64,000 nucleotides of DNA from Paraspadella gotoi (lineage: Eukaryota > Animalia > Chaetognatha): the NCBI GenBank assembly GCA_051294375.1, contig CM119266.1:2541551-2605550 (forward strand). Direction: 5' to 3'. The first letter of the stretch is position 1, and each line of letters starts with the position of its first letter. Both the position numbers and the translations under genes were made by a program. This document shows, in pieces, positions 37,611 to 50,265 of the stretch. The notes below the pieces were generated by a model. It saw only the letters and a program-made list of their open reading frames with translations. It was not told the origin of the DNA and ran no database searches.

Positions 37611-40242
37611 ATGGCGGAGCGTAACCCCTTCGCCTCGGGCGTCATCCTTCACCTTAAGCTCTTCCGGATTTTGTTCGAGGGTGGCCCTTTAATGCTCAAA
37701 GAGTTCATCGGGGTCGAACTTCCTCTCAAAACCAATAAGCAGTGGAACGAGGGTCGATTATGGAACGAATGGTGCATCGAAAATCGCACTTACCTCAAGC
37801 AATTCAGGTTTTATTCGAATCAGAAGAAAATTCATTTCGACGGCCAAATGATCCCGGATCTGGACAATGCCGACATAACATTTTTCAAGCACGCACTCAA
37901 AAGATTCACCGATAAGCGGAATTACGCGGAAGTAGAAAAACTCAGCAAAAAGAGAAACGAAGTCGCCCATCGAAACGTGAAGAGCATGGACTCGTTAGAA
38001 TTTGTCACGTGGTTCGCTGAAGTCGTGGAAATTTTCAAGTCTCTATTGCAGGATCACGAGGAGTTGAAGGCTAAATGGTTGGGGTATCTCCGAGATCGGT
38101 TGGAGGAAGAAGTTTGTAACGTTGAAGAGTTGGAAGCAAGATGCAGAGATCAGCAAAAACTGTACTTGGAAGACGAATCTGGTTTCGCCAAAAAATGGAA
38201 TGAAATTCCAATGATGCCTTCAAACCAACCCCCGTCCAGAAGCTCGTCCAGAAAAAGGCAAGTGATTAAAGGAATACGAGAAATCGCGAAAGTCTTCCAG
38301 GAGGAAATGAAACATAACAAAAAGATCTTTTATGTTCCTGGAACAAAGCAACAGCTTTTGCTCTCTGAAGACTATATAAATGTGAGACTAGTAAATGTAC
38401 TAGATGATTCAGAATCTTCAGAAGCCGGTGAAAAATCCATTTACGATTCTAGTGAAATATCCAGTTTAGAATCTAGTGACGAGTCAGGTAAAGAAGCTGC
38501 TGAGGAATGCTCAACGAGGCATCAAATTCCTGTTGGAAATACTCAAAGCCAAAACATTTCGAAAAACAACATAGAAATAGAATATGACTTAGAAAGCGAC
38601 GAAGAACAAGACGACATGGAGTCTAAAATTTGTGATTATTACTATTTCGAGGAATTAATGGAAGAGTTTGAGAGAAACAGTAAAATCCTCATCACTGCAA
38701 ATGGAGGTTGCGGGAAAACCATGTTGTCAAACTATATCGTGTGGAAATGGGCTAATGGAGAAAACTTGGAAGATTACCTGATGGTTTTTCCTTTGGATGT
38801 GCAGCTGATCGACTTTCATGAGGACTTGTTTGTTAATTTATTAACGCAGTACCCTTTCTTTGAAAGATACACAGACCTACAAAAAAGCCTAGAAGAAAAT
38901 GCGGAGAAGATTTTGTGGATTTTCGATGGACTTGACTTTTGTTCATCTCAATCAGCTGCTTATGATTTCTTTGAAAAAAATCTTTCTCCATCTGAATTCG
39001 GATCGAGCTCTTTCCTATTTTTGACTCGGCCCAGTGGAAATGGCCTTCTCGAAAAAATTGATTCTGACTTGCTCAAACTTCAAATTGCTCCTTTAACTCA
39101 AGAACAAAGTTTTAGATTTGTCGATGATTTTGGGTCCAGCAGAGAAACAGTTCGAGAAGCAAATCGACGAAAAATTGAATCAAGTCGAGCAATTATTTTT
39201 TTGCTGAAATTACCTATGATATTAGTTATGTTGTGTGGGATGTTTCAGGAAAAAAACTATGACGACGATTTAGAAGTGTACCAGGAAGTTTTCAACCGGG
39301 CAGCAAAGAGGGAAATGATGAAATCTCTTGAGCACAAAAGAAGAATAAGTAAATCGGTAGAGGAAAGAGATAAACTCTACCGAGAAATGAATACTGTTCA
39401 ACAAGTGGACACGGAGAGAAGTAGATGGCTGAACGCGATTATCAAAATTGTTTGGAGATGTCATTTTATCTTGGAAGTGGATAAATTTTATCAAGAGCTC
39501 GAAAATTCTCTAGAACCGCAGGGTGTTGAGGTAATATCGCGGCTTAATTTTATCAGTTTAAATGGTAATAAAACAAAATCTACTACCAAACTGATATGCC
39601 CTCACTTTTTAGAATACATTAGTGGTAAATTTTTGGCAATAAACAACCTAGATGCCCTTGCATCTTCATTCGGACTGAAAATGGAAATGAAGCGCGTAGA
39701 TATTTTGAGATGCGCGTCAAATGTTTACTTGAGCAATACATTTTCTGTGGACTCTGCCGTTAGTGGCTTCAAAAAATTCTTTCAATTTATTCTCGGATCA
39801 TCCCAGGCGTTTTCAGAATATAATTTTTTTCAGATTATAGCGGTAATAGTAAGAATTGCGTTACAAAAGCCTCGTTTTGTGAGCATGGCTCTGAAAACAA
39901 TTCATAAAATAAGAATCTTGGGAGAATCTAAATTTCCTTCAGAGGATTTTTCATATCTCGAAGAAAACCTTAGCCTTGAGTTCTTTAACGAGCTAAGATT
40001 CCATCGCCAGAAAAATGTCTGCTCGCATTGCATATTGCCGTCTGGACTCAATGAAAAGTTGAATTTACTACATGAAGCTTTTATAGAGGAGATTAATGAA
40101 CAATCTTTGTCAAACATCTCATACATTTGTGACAAATTTCTATTTTTTTGTTTTCCGATGGATGACGAAAAAGATATGAGCAAACATATTGGTGAAAATT
40201 CAGACTATATTCTGATGCTTTCTCAGAAACATTATAACTCAG
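37611..40242 (+). CDS. HEPN-NACHT-Kelch NLR-like protein, exon 1 (DZIP3-like HEPN, NACHT and helical/winged-helix region)
   Basis: 889-codon ORF with DIT (aa88) and RNEVAH (aa115-120, RxxxxH), YINVRL pre-NACHT motif, Walker A ANGGCGKT (aa363-370), Walker B ILWIFDGLD (aa434-442), sensor-1 FLFLTRP, LPMILVMLC and HFLEYISG winged-helix-like motif. Donor CAG|GTAAAC at 40243. Confidence 0.85.
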
Positions 40243-40343
40243 GTAAACGATGTGTTTTGGTGGGAATCCCAATGACATAAAAAGACTTGTTCTATGAAAA
40301 AATTACTATGACACATTAAGAGACTGCTCTTTGTTTTTTTTAG

Positions 40344-41347
40344 GATCAGATTATTCATTATCTTCAGCCGTCAATTCTGTGGAGTATCCATTGGAAATAG
40401 AAGCTCCGACTCTCAGAGCGGACGACCGTGAGTCGATCAAGCATTTTGCTGTTGGCCTAGGATTTTTGGCCGTTTCCTTTAAAGGAAAAATTTACGTATG
40501 GGGAGAGAGGCAAGCGCTGCCGAATGGTGATGTTCAAGATTTGCCTCATGATGTCTTTGTCATGGACCCAGACGATTTCCTTTGGAACCAAATAAAAGCC
40601 ACGGGCGACATTCCATCGTCAACATTAAGCGCCGATGGCGTTGCAATCAAAAACGCTATCTATCTTGTAAATCAGTTTTCAGAACAGAAATACCAACTCT
40701 TATCTCTCGATTCTAGGGGAAGATTTACTCTCAAGGTTCCCAACTTGATGGAGAGTTTATCTGGAAGTTACACTAATCGCTTTGTTGAATACTTGGGGAA
40801 CCTTTTCTTGTTATTTAACTACCAACATCTTGAGTTGATAGAGTACGACCCAAAATCAAACGCCCTCTTTGTTCGACCTTCTTCCGGGTTTTCGCCTACA
40901 GCGCGGCGTGACTTTGCCATCGCTCGATTGAGAGAAAAGTTATTCATCCACGGTGGAAGAGAAGGAGAAGATTCCTTCGGAGAATTTTTCTTTCTCAACC
41001 TCGAAACGATGACGTGGAACGAAATCAAGAAATTCGGTTTCGGGCGACCATTTTTCTTTCACAGCCTGACTCCGATTTCAGCGACTAATCTTCTTGTAGT
41101 CGGTGGAATCACCAAGCGTTTTAAGTCCATCAGGGACGATGTCAAAGTGTTTGATACCGAAAAAATGTCTTGGATAAGAGAGCCGAGACTTTCGACTGAA
41201 TTCTGCGGCGAGGGTGGGTTGATGCAACATAGAGCCGTTGCGGTGCGAAAATGCAATCGGGTCGTCAGCGTTTTTTGTTTTGGAGGAAACATTGACAAAG
41301 AATGTAAAGAGCATCCGCGCCATTTCCTCAAATTCAATGTTTGTTAG
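40344..41347 (+). CDS. HEPN-NACHT-Kelch protein, exon 2 (Kelch-repeat beta-propeller)
   Basis: Acceptor TTTTTTTTAG at 40343 joins in frame (G|GA = Gly). Kelch blades include IYVWG, WNQIKATGDIP, PTARRDFA..LFIHGG, TMTWNEI, HSLT..LLVVGG, VFDTEKMSW and VFCFGG. Confidence 0.85.
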
Positions 41348-42443
41348 TCGACAGCGCCGTTCGCTCAAATCCATTAAAATTAACTTTTTTTAAAAAATCG
41401 GTAAAGCGTCTTTAATATAACACATACTATGTTCAAACAGAGTAATTTAAGGAAATCCTGACGGTTTTTTGGACCATTATCTCAATCTATTTCGCCAAGA
41501 GAAAAAACTAATACTTAGCAGGCTGGCAATGCATTAGGAAATGCTGCTTTTACATATGTTTTATACTTGTGAAGTCACGTGATCATGCGCAATCCCTTTA
41601 ACTTACCGGTTTTTGTTTACAAACATAAAAAAATACATTTAAAGCGTAACCTCTCTTAGCAAATGATTTTAGCGCTATAGATAATGACTCTAAACTAATA
41701 CCACAGTTTTCTGCTTCTATAATTTAGTGACTTTACCTCCTTCAAAAATGTAAAGGTAATGAAATTTTGGCATGAAAAAGCAGCTCAGAATAGAGACAAA
41801 ATAGGCTTTTGATCATTGCCAAATCGATACCAAAATAAAAAACCGTCATTATTTTTAGTTTTAAAAACATCAACAAACTTAGCAGAAAATTTTGAAAGAA
41901 AATTTTATAATTTTGTTACATATCTAAAAAACAAGTTAAATCGTGGCACAAATTGATGTTGGTGTTGCTATATCATGAAATATCTGTACTATTTTCACAT
42001 TTGTCATTATTCTGTTTTTTCAACTGTCATCGTTGGCCATCTTTAATGATTTTATGGTTGCTTTTTGCTTTTTTCAATTTTATGGTTGCTTTTTTCGCTT
42101 TTTTCAATGTCGCCCAAATTATTCTTTTAAGTTTATCATCATTAGGTGACAAGTGGTAAACTGAAAATCATGGTGAAAGTAGCGCCAGCTGACCAGATTT
42201 AAATGTTGATGGGAACTACATTAAACTACATTAAACAAATCTGTTATAAGTATTTATTGTTGTGTTAATTATATTTTTGAGAATTTTTGGATATGATGAT
42301 CACATTTTTTTAAAGTTTTTCTCAATTTTGATATCAAAACGTTGAATCAAAAACGTCAATATTAAAGTGTAGCGTCGTAGTGATCATGATAAAACTATTG
42401 TATATTTTCAAATACTTTTTTCACGAAATTTTATTTTTAGATA

Positions 42444-43945
42444 CAGTAGCATCCGTCTAGAATTTCTGAGACGTCAAGCTCTGTAACTCGAGTACAAATG
42501 AGAATTTTAAAAAAGAGCTTTTGTCTGATATCCGAGTTACACATATGGCAACTACTCCCCTTTGGTAAGCCATTTTTGGGACATCAGAACTTATTGTAAA
42601 AAGATGCCTTCAGCCAGATTTGAACCTGAAACCTTTTCGTAACATTGAAATCCGGCGCGCTAAGCACTCGGCCAAATGATTTTCAAAAAATTTGGTACAA
42701 AGTAAATTATATAAAGCTGTAGGTTCGCTTTTTAATTTTTGGGGAAAACAAAAAATTCAACGTTCGAAGGCAGAGATTTCGACATCCGAGTCCCAAGTTT
42801 CCCGATTCGTGACGGAACGTCGCAACGACGACGATTAATACGAAGAAAGCGAATATCTGGTTATTTAATGTTTGAAATTGAGGAAAAGTCAGTTGCCTCT
42901 TTAAGCCGCGACGTTGAACTTTTTCACCTTTGATTTAAGGTGTTTTATTAAGTGTTTTTAACTAGTTGCTTATTGTATCAATATTAATAAATAGGCTAAT
43001 GATTGGAGAGAATGAAAGAATGAAATCGTTTCAAAAAAAAGAATAATCTAAGTTTTCGATTTGCATAAAAACAAATTTGAGCAGACAATGTCGGATCTGC
43101 CTACAATAATTAAGCAGTAATAAGCTAATACGATGATAATTCTTGGTAATGTTTTCTGACTTTCAATTTGTGATCTTAACAGATCATAACACGTTGTGTA
43201 ACATAAACAAGTTTGAGCAAACAATGTCGGATTCTGCCAATGATCATTATCAGTAATTAATTAATTAATAATTTCAAGTAATTGATTAATAATTAGGGCA
43301 ATTAATTAATTATTTTGATCCAAAATGTATGTTTGATTGATTGACTGATTAATTAATTATTGATTAATTAATTGACTTATTGATTAATTAACTGATTAAT
43401 TATTTGATTAATTAATACATCTTGCATTTACATTAATATAAAAGCATAATCAATTAGTGAAACACGTTTTTTTGTTTTTTTCCATTTAAACTCATTTCCA
43501 CTCAAACGATTCCATCGAAACTTGATTTCCAGTTTAATCACACAACTTTTCTACCCACATACAAAATTTCAAGTCAATCTTCCCATCCACTCATGAGTAA
43601 TTGTGTTCAAATAGTGAAATATATTTTTTTTCCAGATCCGACTAAAAAGAAAGAAAACCAAATTTATATTGAGGTTTTTTGAAATTTTTTTTAAAATAAC
43701 GAAGATGGCCGAGTGGTTTAAAAACTAAGACTTCGACGCAGAATGGAATGGTAGGATTCGAATCCCACTCAAGGTAAACTTTTATAATAAAACTGCTATG
43801 TCCAAAAGTGGTCGTAGAGCAATGGCTTACCGAAGGGGAGTAGCCATATGAGTACTCGATAACAAGACAAAAACTCTCTTTCAAATTATCATTTGACTCG
43901 AGTTACAGAGCTTGCCGTCTCAGAAATTCTAGACGGATGCTACTG
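42444..43945. mobile_element. Non-autonomous Tc1/mariner-like element with long (~250-bp imperfect) TIRs
   Basis: TA|CAGTAGCATCCGTCTAGAATTTCTGAGACG ... CGTCTCAGAAATTCTAGACGGATGCTACTG|TA: perfect 30-bp ends and a TA TSD. No transposase. Confidence 0.85.
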
Positions 43946-45348
43946 TAGCGCATTCATTTTTTAAAATATTGGTAATCGTAAAAATCATTGTCTGAACTTA
44001 ATGGTTACTGGACTATGCTTGTCTAACATTAATAGGCAAGTTTATTGTTATAGCAAGAGAGATAATCAGGATTAAACTAGAAATTAAAATTAGAAAAGTT
44101 TACGCGATCTTATGAAAAGCTTTTTTTCTTCTGTCAAAGATGGTCCAAGATGGAATGCAATGAACTTTTTGCCTTCTATTCTGATAGTCACAGCCAACGA
44201 TTATGCAGCTAGGAAATTTCGGAATGCCTCACCTATTAATTGCTACGGTAAAAAGGCAGGTAAAACGAGAGCCTTGTTTCGAACTGCGGACTCTTTGCAG
44301 ATCGACGCTACAAGTTGGCTCGACAATCTATTCCTCTCAAAGTCGCAAAAACTTTTGGCTACCATGTTTGAAGAGAGATTTCTCGCTCATACGCCTCTGG
44401 GGATCAATAGGATAGCCAAAGCTAATTTGTTGCGGCAAACATACTTTTTGCAATCCCTCGTCAGCTCTTATGTTCTAAACGATAAAAACAGACATCATTA
44501 ATTCATTATCACCTTCGCAGCACTCAATATCATAAAAATCGGTTCTCAACAACCAACTGCACCATAAACGAGTGACTACACAATTTTGTCTCGTAAAATC
44601 CGATTCGGGGCGCAAAAAAACTGACGGGGTCGCCTAGCAACGAGGAAAACAAAATATTTTCTCTCCTTTTGTTTTCGTCTCTATGTTTACGATTGAACGT
44701 CTCCATGGAGATCCGACGCGTCGATAAACAAGAAAGAAAATGGTGACGAAATCGTTCGTCGGTTTCGGGTTTCTGCTTCTGTTTAAATCTGATATTAATT
44801 TTTGACTCAACGTTTCAGGATATGAAGACCGTGAAATTACTCTGTCTATACGAGAAGTTCTTTACGCTTAACTCTAAACGCCACGCGTCTTTTTTGTCGA
44901 GTCTAATGGCGACTCTAAAAGACCCTTCTCGGTCTGTCTGTCTGTCTGTCCGTCTGTCTATCTTTAAATTTTATTTAAAAAAATAGGCTTCTATAGTGAC
45001 CACACTTTCCTTGTTATATATCAGGACTCTTTAATATTCTTTGCTCTCTTGTTTACACTATCTACCATCTAGCGGATACTAACCAGTAACCACGCTTTGT
45101 ACAATGTATAATGTATAATGTAAAATGTATAATGTACATATCTCCGCCAAACTTAGAAACCCTTTCATTCTGTAATCTTAACTAATTCACTAATTCACTA
45201 ATTCACTAATTTCTACTCTTTTATCTTCCTCTCACTTTGTCACTCTCTCTTCACACCCTCTTTNNNNNNNNNNNNNNNNNNNNNNNNNCTCTCCTCGCCT
45301 TACCTCTTCTCGAACCGAAATGACGTATGCTCCCGAATCTTTCACTAC

Positions 45349-45392
<44 letters not shown>

Positions 45393-46009
45393 CACAAATA
45401 ACTCGATTGGGACGCCCATTGGATAAAGTAGCGTACCAATTTTGGTACTAAAGCCGGCATTTGTGACACAATCTTAAACTACAAACTGTTAAAACTAAAG
45501 AAAAAAACTGGCAAATTCAATAACTAACATGACTTAATGTGGAAAATTATAATCAACGGTCACTGGCCATTCACGTAAATTTAAAATTCCTATCAGGCCC
45601 GGCCTGGGCATAGGATGGCGTGGGAACACCGATCCAAGAAAAAACCATAAGGATGAGACAGGTTTCAGTCAGTGAACCTAGTTTGTTTGTAATTCAGTGT
45701 GTAGCTTACCCTGCTGCAGAACACAGCACCAGCCGCCTCGCCGTAAAGCCCAACACCACCTCCCCTCACCATTACACCCCATCATAGGTATTGAGTAGTC
45801 AGCCACCCCGGCTCCCTTCTAAATTTAGTGAATGGCAGGCTGACGTTCGTATATTTTGCACATTAATATTATATTGAATTTGCCATGTTTTTCTTAGTTT
45901 TTACAGTTTTGTAGTTAAGCATTGTTCCACAATCCGCTTTATACAAAATTGGTTACACGTACTTAATCCAATGGCAGTCCAAATTCGATTTATTTTTGTA
46001 TTTTTTTTT

Positions 46010-46050
<41 letters not shown>

Positions 46051-47435
46051 GTATAAAATTCAGGAGCATACGTCATTTCTCGGTTCGAGAAAGTAACAGG
46101 GAGGAGAGAAAAGAGGGTGTGAAGACGAGAGTGACAAAGTGTTGAAGGAAGATAAAAGAGTAGAAATTAGTGAATTAGTGAATTAGTGAATTAGTTAAGA
46201 TTACAGAATGAAAGGGTTTCTAAGTTTTGCGGAGATATGTACATTATACATTTTTACATTATGCATTAACATTGTACAAAGCGTGGTTACTGGTTAGTAT
46301 CCGCTAGATGGTAGATAGTGTAAACAAGAGAGCAAAGAATATTAAAGAGGTCCTGATATATAACAAGGAAAGTGTGGTCACTATAGAAGCCTATTTTTTA
46401 AATAAAATTTAAAGATAGACAGACGGACAGACAGACAACAGACGAGAAGGTCTTTAGAGTCGCCATTAGACTCGACAAAAAAGACGCGTGGCGTTTAGAG
46501 TTAAGCGTAAAGAACTTCTCGTATAGACAGAGTAATTTCACGTCTTCATATCCTGAAACGTTGAGTCAAAAATTAAATATCAGATTTAAACAGAAGCAGA
46601 AAACCCGAAACCGACGAACGATTTCGTCACCATTTTCCTTTCTTGTTTATCGACGCGTCGGATCTCCATGGAGACGTTCAATCGTAAACATAGAGACGAA
46701 AACAAAAGGAGAAAAAATATTTTGTTTTCCTCGTTGCTAAGGCGAACCCCGTCAGTTTTTTTGCGCCCCGAATCGGATTTTACGAGACAAAATTGTTAGT
46801 CACTCGTTATGGTGCAGTTGGTTGTTGAGAACCGATTTTTATGATATTGATGCTGCGAAGGTGATAGATGAATTAATGATGTCTGTTTTTATCGTTTAGA
46901 ACATAAAGAGCTGACGAGGGATTGCAAAAGTATGTTTCCGCAACAAATTAGCTTTGGCTATCCTATTGATCCCCAGAGGCGTATGAGCGAGAAATCTTCT
47001 TCAAACATGGTAGCAAAAGTTTTTGCACGCTTTGAGAGAATAGATTGTCGAGCCAACTATGTTGCGGTCGTCCAAAAAAGATCCCCATTCGAACAAGGCT
47101 TCTCGTTTTACCTGCCTTTTTACCCGTAGCAATTAATAGGTGAGCATTCCGAAAATTTCCTAGCTGCCATAATCGTCTGGCTGTGACTATCAGAATAGAA
47201 GCAAAAAGTTCCATTGCATTCCATCTCTGGACCATCTTGTGACAGAAGAAAAAAAGCTTTTTCATATAGATCGCGAAAAACTTTTCTATATTTTAATTTC
47301 TAGTTTAATCCTGATTATCTCTCTTGCTATAACAATAAACTTGCCTATTAATGTTAGACAAGCATAGTCCAGTAACCATTAAGTTCAGACAATGATTTTT
47401 ACGATTACCAATATTTTAAAAAATGAATTGCGCTA

Positions 47436-48973
47436 CAGTAGCCATCCGTCTAGAATTTCTGAGACGCAAAAGCCCTGGTTAACCTCGAGTACAAATGATA
47501 ATTTTGAAAGAGAAGTTTGTTTCTTGTTATCGAGACTCAGCTATGGCTACTCCCCCTTCGGTAGAAGCCATTGCTCTACGATCATTTTTGGGACCATAGC
47601 AGTTTATTATAAAAGTTTACCTTGAGTGGGATTCGAACTCCCTACCATTCCACTCTGCGTCGAAGTTAGTTTATTTAACCACTCGGCCATCTCGTTATTT
47701 AAAAAAAATTTCAAAAACTCAATTATAAATTTTTGCGTTTTCTTCTTTTTAGTCGGATCTGGACCAATAAAAATATATTTCACTTATTGAGACACAATTA
47801 CTCATGTAGTGATGAGGTGGTTTTTAAGATTGTACGGGAATATTTTTGTATTTGTGGGTATGAAAGTGTGTGATTAAACTGGAAATCAAGTTTCGATGGA
47901 ATCGGTTTGAGGACATGAGTTTAAAAGTGGAAAAACAAAAAAACGTGTTTCACTAAGTTGATTATTGCTTTTTATATTGAATAAAGCAAGATGTAAGTAA
48001 TTAATTCAAGATAATTAATAGTTAATTAATCAATAAGTCATATTAATTAATCAAAATTAGATTTAATCAGTCAATCAATCAAACATACTTTTGGATCAAA
48101 ATAATTATATTAATTTGCCTAATTAACTTAATCAATTACTTGAATTTATTACTTACATAAATTCTAACTGATAATATCATTTGGCAGATCCGAAAATAGT
48201 TTGCTCAAACTGTTATGTCAACGTTTATGATCTGTTAAGAGTTCACAAATTGAAAGTCAGAAAACATTTACCAAGAATTATCATCTATTTAGCTTTACTG
48301 CTTAATTATTGGTAGGCAGATCGACATTGTGCTGCTCAAATTGTTTTTTATGCAAATCGAAAACTTAGATTATTCTTTTTTGAAACGATTTCATTCTTTC
48401 ATCTCTCAATTCATTAGCCTTTTATTAAATATTTGTATACAATAAGCAACTAGTTAAAAAACCTTAATAAAAACACCTTAAAATCAAGGTGCGAAAAAGT
48501 GTTCAACGCCGGCAAAGAGGGGCAACTGACTTTTCCTCATTTCAAACATAAAAAAATAAGCCAGATATTCGCTTTCTTCGTATTAATCCGTCGTCGTTGC
48601 GACGTTCCGTCCAATCATTCGGGAAACTTGGACTCGGAGCGAAACTCTGCCTTCGAAGCGTTGAATTTGTTTTCCCAAAAAAATAAAGCGAACCTACAGC
48701 TTTATATATATTTTACTTTGTACCAAATTTTTTGTGAAAATCATTTTGCCGACGTGCTTAGCGCGCCTGGATTTCAATGTTACGAAAAGTTTTCAGTTTC
48801 AAATCTGGCGAGCATCTTTTTACAGATAAGTCTGATGTCCCAAAAGTGCTTTACCAAAGGGGGCAGTAGCAATGTGTACTCGATATCAGACAAAATGCTC
48901 TCTTTTAAAATTCTCATGTTGTACTCGAGTTACAGAGCTTAACGTCTCAGAAATTCATAGACGGATGCGACTG
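47436..48973. mobile_element. Mirror copy of the Tc1/mariner-like element in the right arm
   Basis: TA|CAGTAGCCATCCGTCTAG...GACGGATGCGACTG|TA; reverse complement of 42444-43945. Confidence 0.8.
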
Positions 48974-50265
48974 TATCTTAAAAATAAATAATTTTTCGTG
49001 AAAAAAAGTTATTTTGAAAATAACAATAGTTTTATCATGATTCATACACGCTACACTTTTATATTGACGTTTGATTCAACGTTTTGATATTCAAATTGAG
49101 AAAAACTTATTAAAAAAATGTGATCATCATATCAAAAAATTCTCAGAAAATTAAATAACACAACAATAAATACTTATAACAGATTTGTTTTAATGGATAG
49201 TTTTAATGAGTTCCCGATCAACATTTAATATTTTGGTCAGCTGGCGCTCACTTTCACCATGATTTTCAGTTTAATGATAAACTTAAAAGAATAATTGCAC
49301 ATTTGAAAAAGCGGAAAAAAGCAACCAAAAATTTGAAAAAAAGCAAAAAAGCAACCCATATCAAGATGGCAAACGATGACAGTTTGAAAAACAGAAAAAA
49401 AACAAATATAAATTAATAAACATATAATAAATTTCTTGTGGTCTCCACAAAACAACAACAGTTTGTCAATACAACAAACCAAGTTACTACTACCAGTCAA
49501 TTCTTTTTTTTTTTCACTTTCAGCATGAATCTTTCAACAACTAGCCAAACAAATTGTGAAAATAGTACAGCATATATTCAATGATTTATTAGCAAACACC
49601 AACAATCAATTTTGTGCCACGATTTAACTTGTTTTTTAGGATATCTGTAACAAAATTATAAAATTTTCTTTTCAAAATTTTCTTGCTAAGTTTCGTTGTA
49701 TTGTTTTAAAACTAAAAATAATGACGGTTTTTTACTTTTGCTGGTATCTATTTTGGCAATGATCAAAAGCCTATGTTTGTCTCTATTTGCTGAGCTGCTT
49801 TTCTCATGCCAAAAATTTCATTACCTTTACATTTATTGAAGGAGGTAAAGTCACCTTAAATTATAGAAGCAGAAAACTTTTCTGGTAATTAGTTTTTAAG
49901 AGTCATTATCTATAGGCTCTAAAATCATTTGCTAAGAGAGGTTACGCTTTTAAATGTATTTTTTTATGTGTTTAAAAACAAAAACCGGGTGGTAGTTAAA
50001 GGTGATTGTCGCATGATTCACGTACTTTCAACCATAATATAAAACATATGTAAATAGCAGCATTCCTAATGCATTGCAGATCCTGATAAGTATTAGTTTT
50101 TTCTCTTTTGGCGAATATAGATTGAGATTAAATGGTCCATAAAAAAACCGTCGAGGTATTCCTTAAATTACTCTGTTTTTACATAGTATGTGTTATATTA
50201 AAACGCTTTACGATTTTTAAAAAATATGTTAATTTTAATGGATTTGAGCGAACGGCGCTTGTCGA

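Noticed and set aside
43700-43775. tRNA-like sequences as functional tRNA genes (also 9944-10015, 16180-16245, 28682-28750)
   Set aside because: A/B boxes are present but no complete cloverleaf, and all lie inside repeats.
44112-44501. 129-aa ORF containing ASPINCYG, similar to Pol protease GSPINCYG
   Set aside because: The similarity is limited to ~7 residues with no catalytic motif or other retroelement signal; likely chance.
45350-45389. Poly(A) tract as evidence that the palindrome arm is a retrocopy
   Set aside because: The gene retains its intron, the tract is 4 kb past the stop codon, and arm homology continues beyond it.
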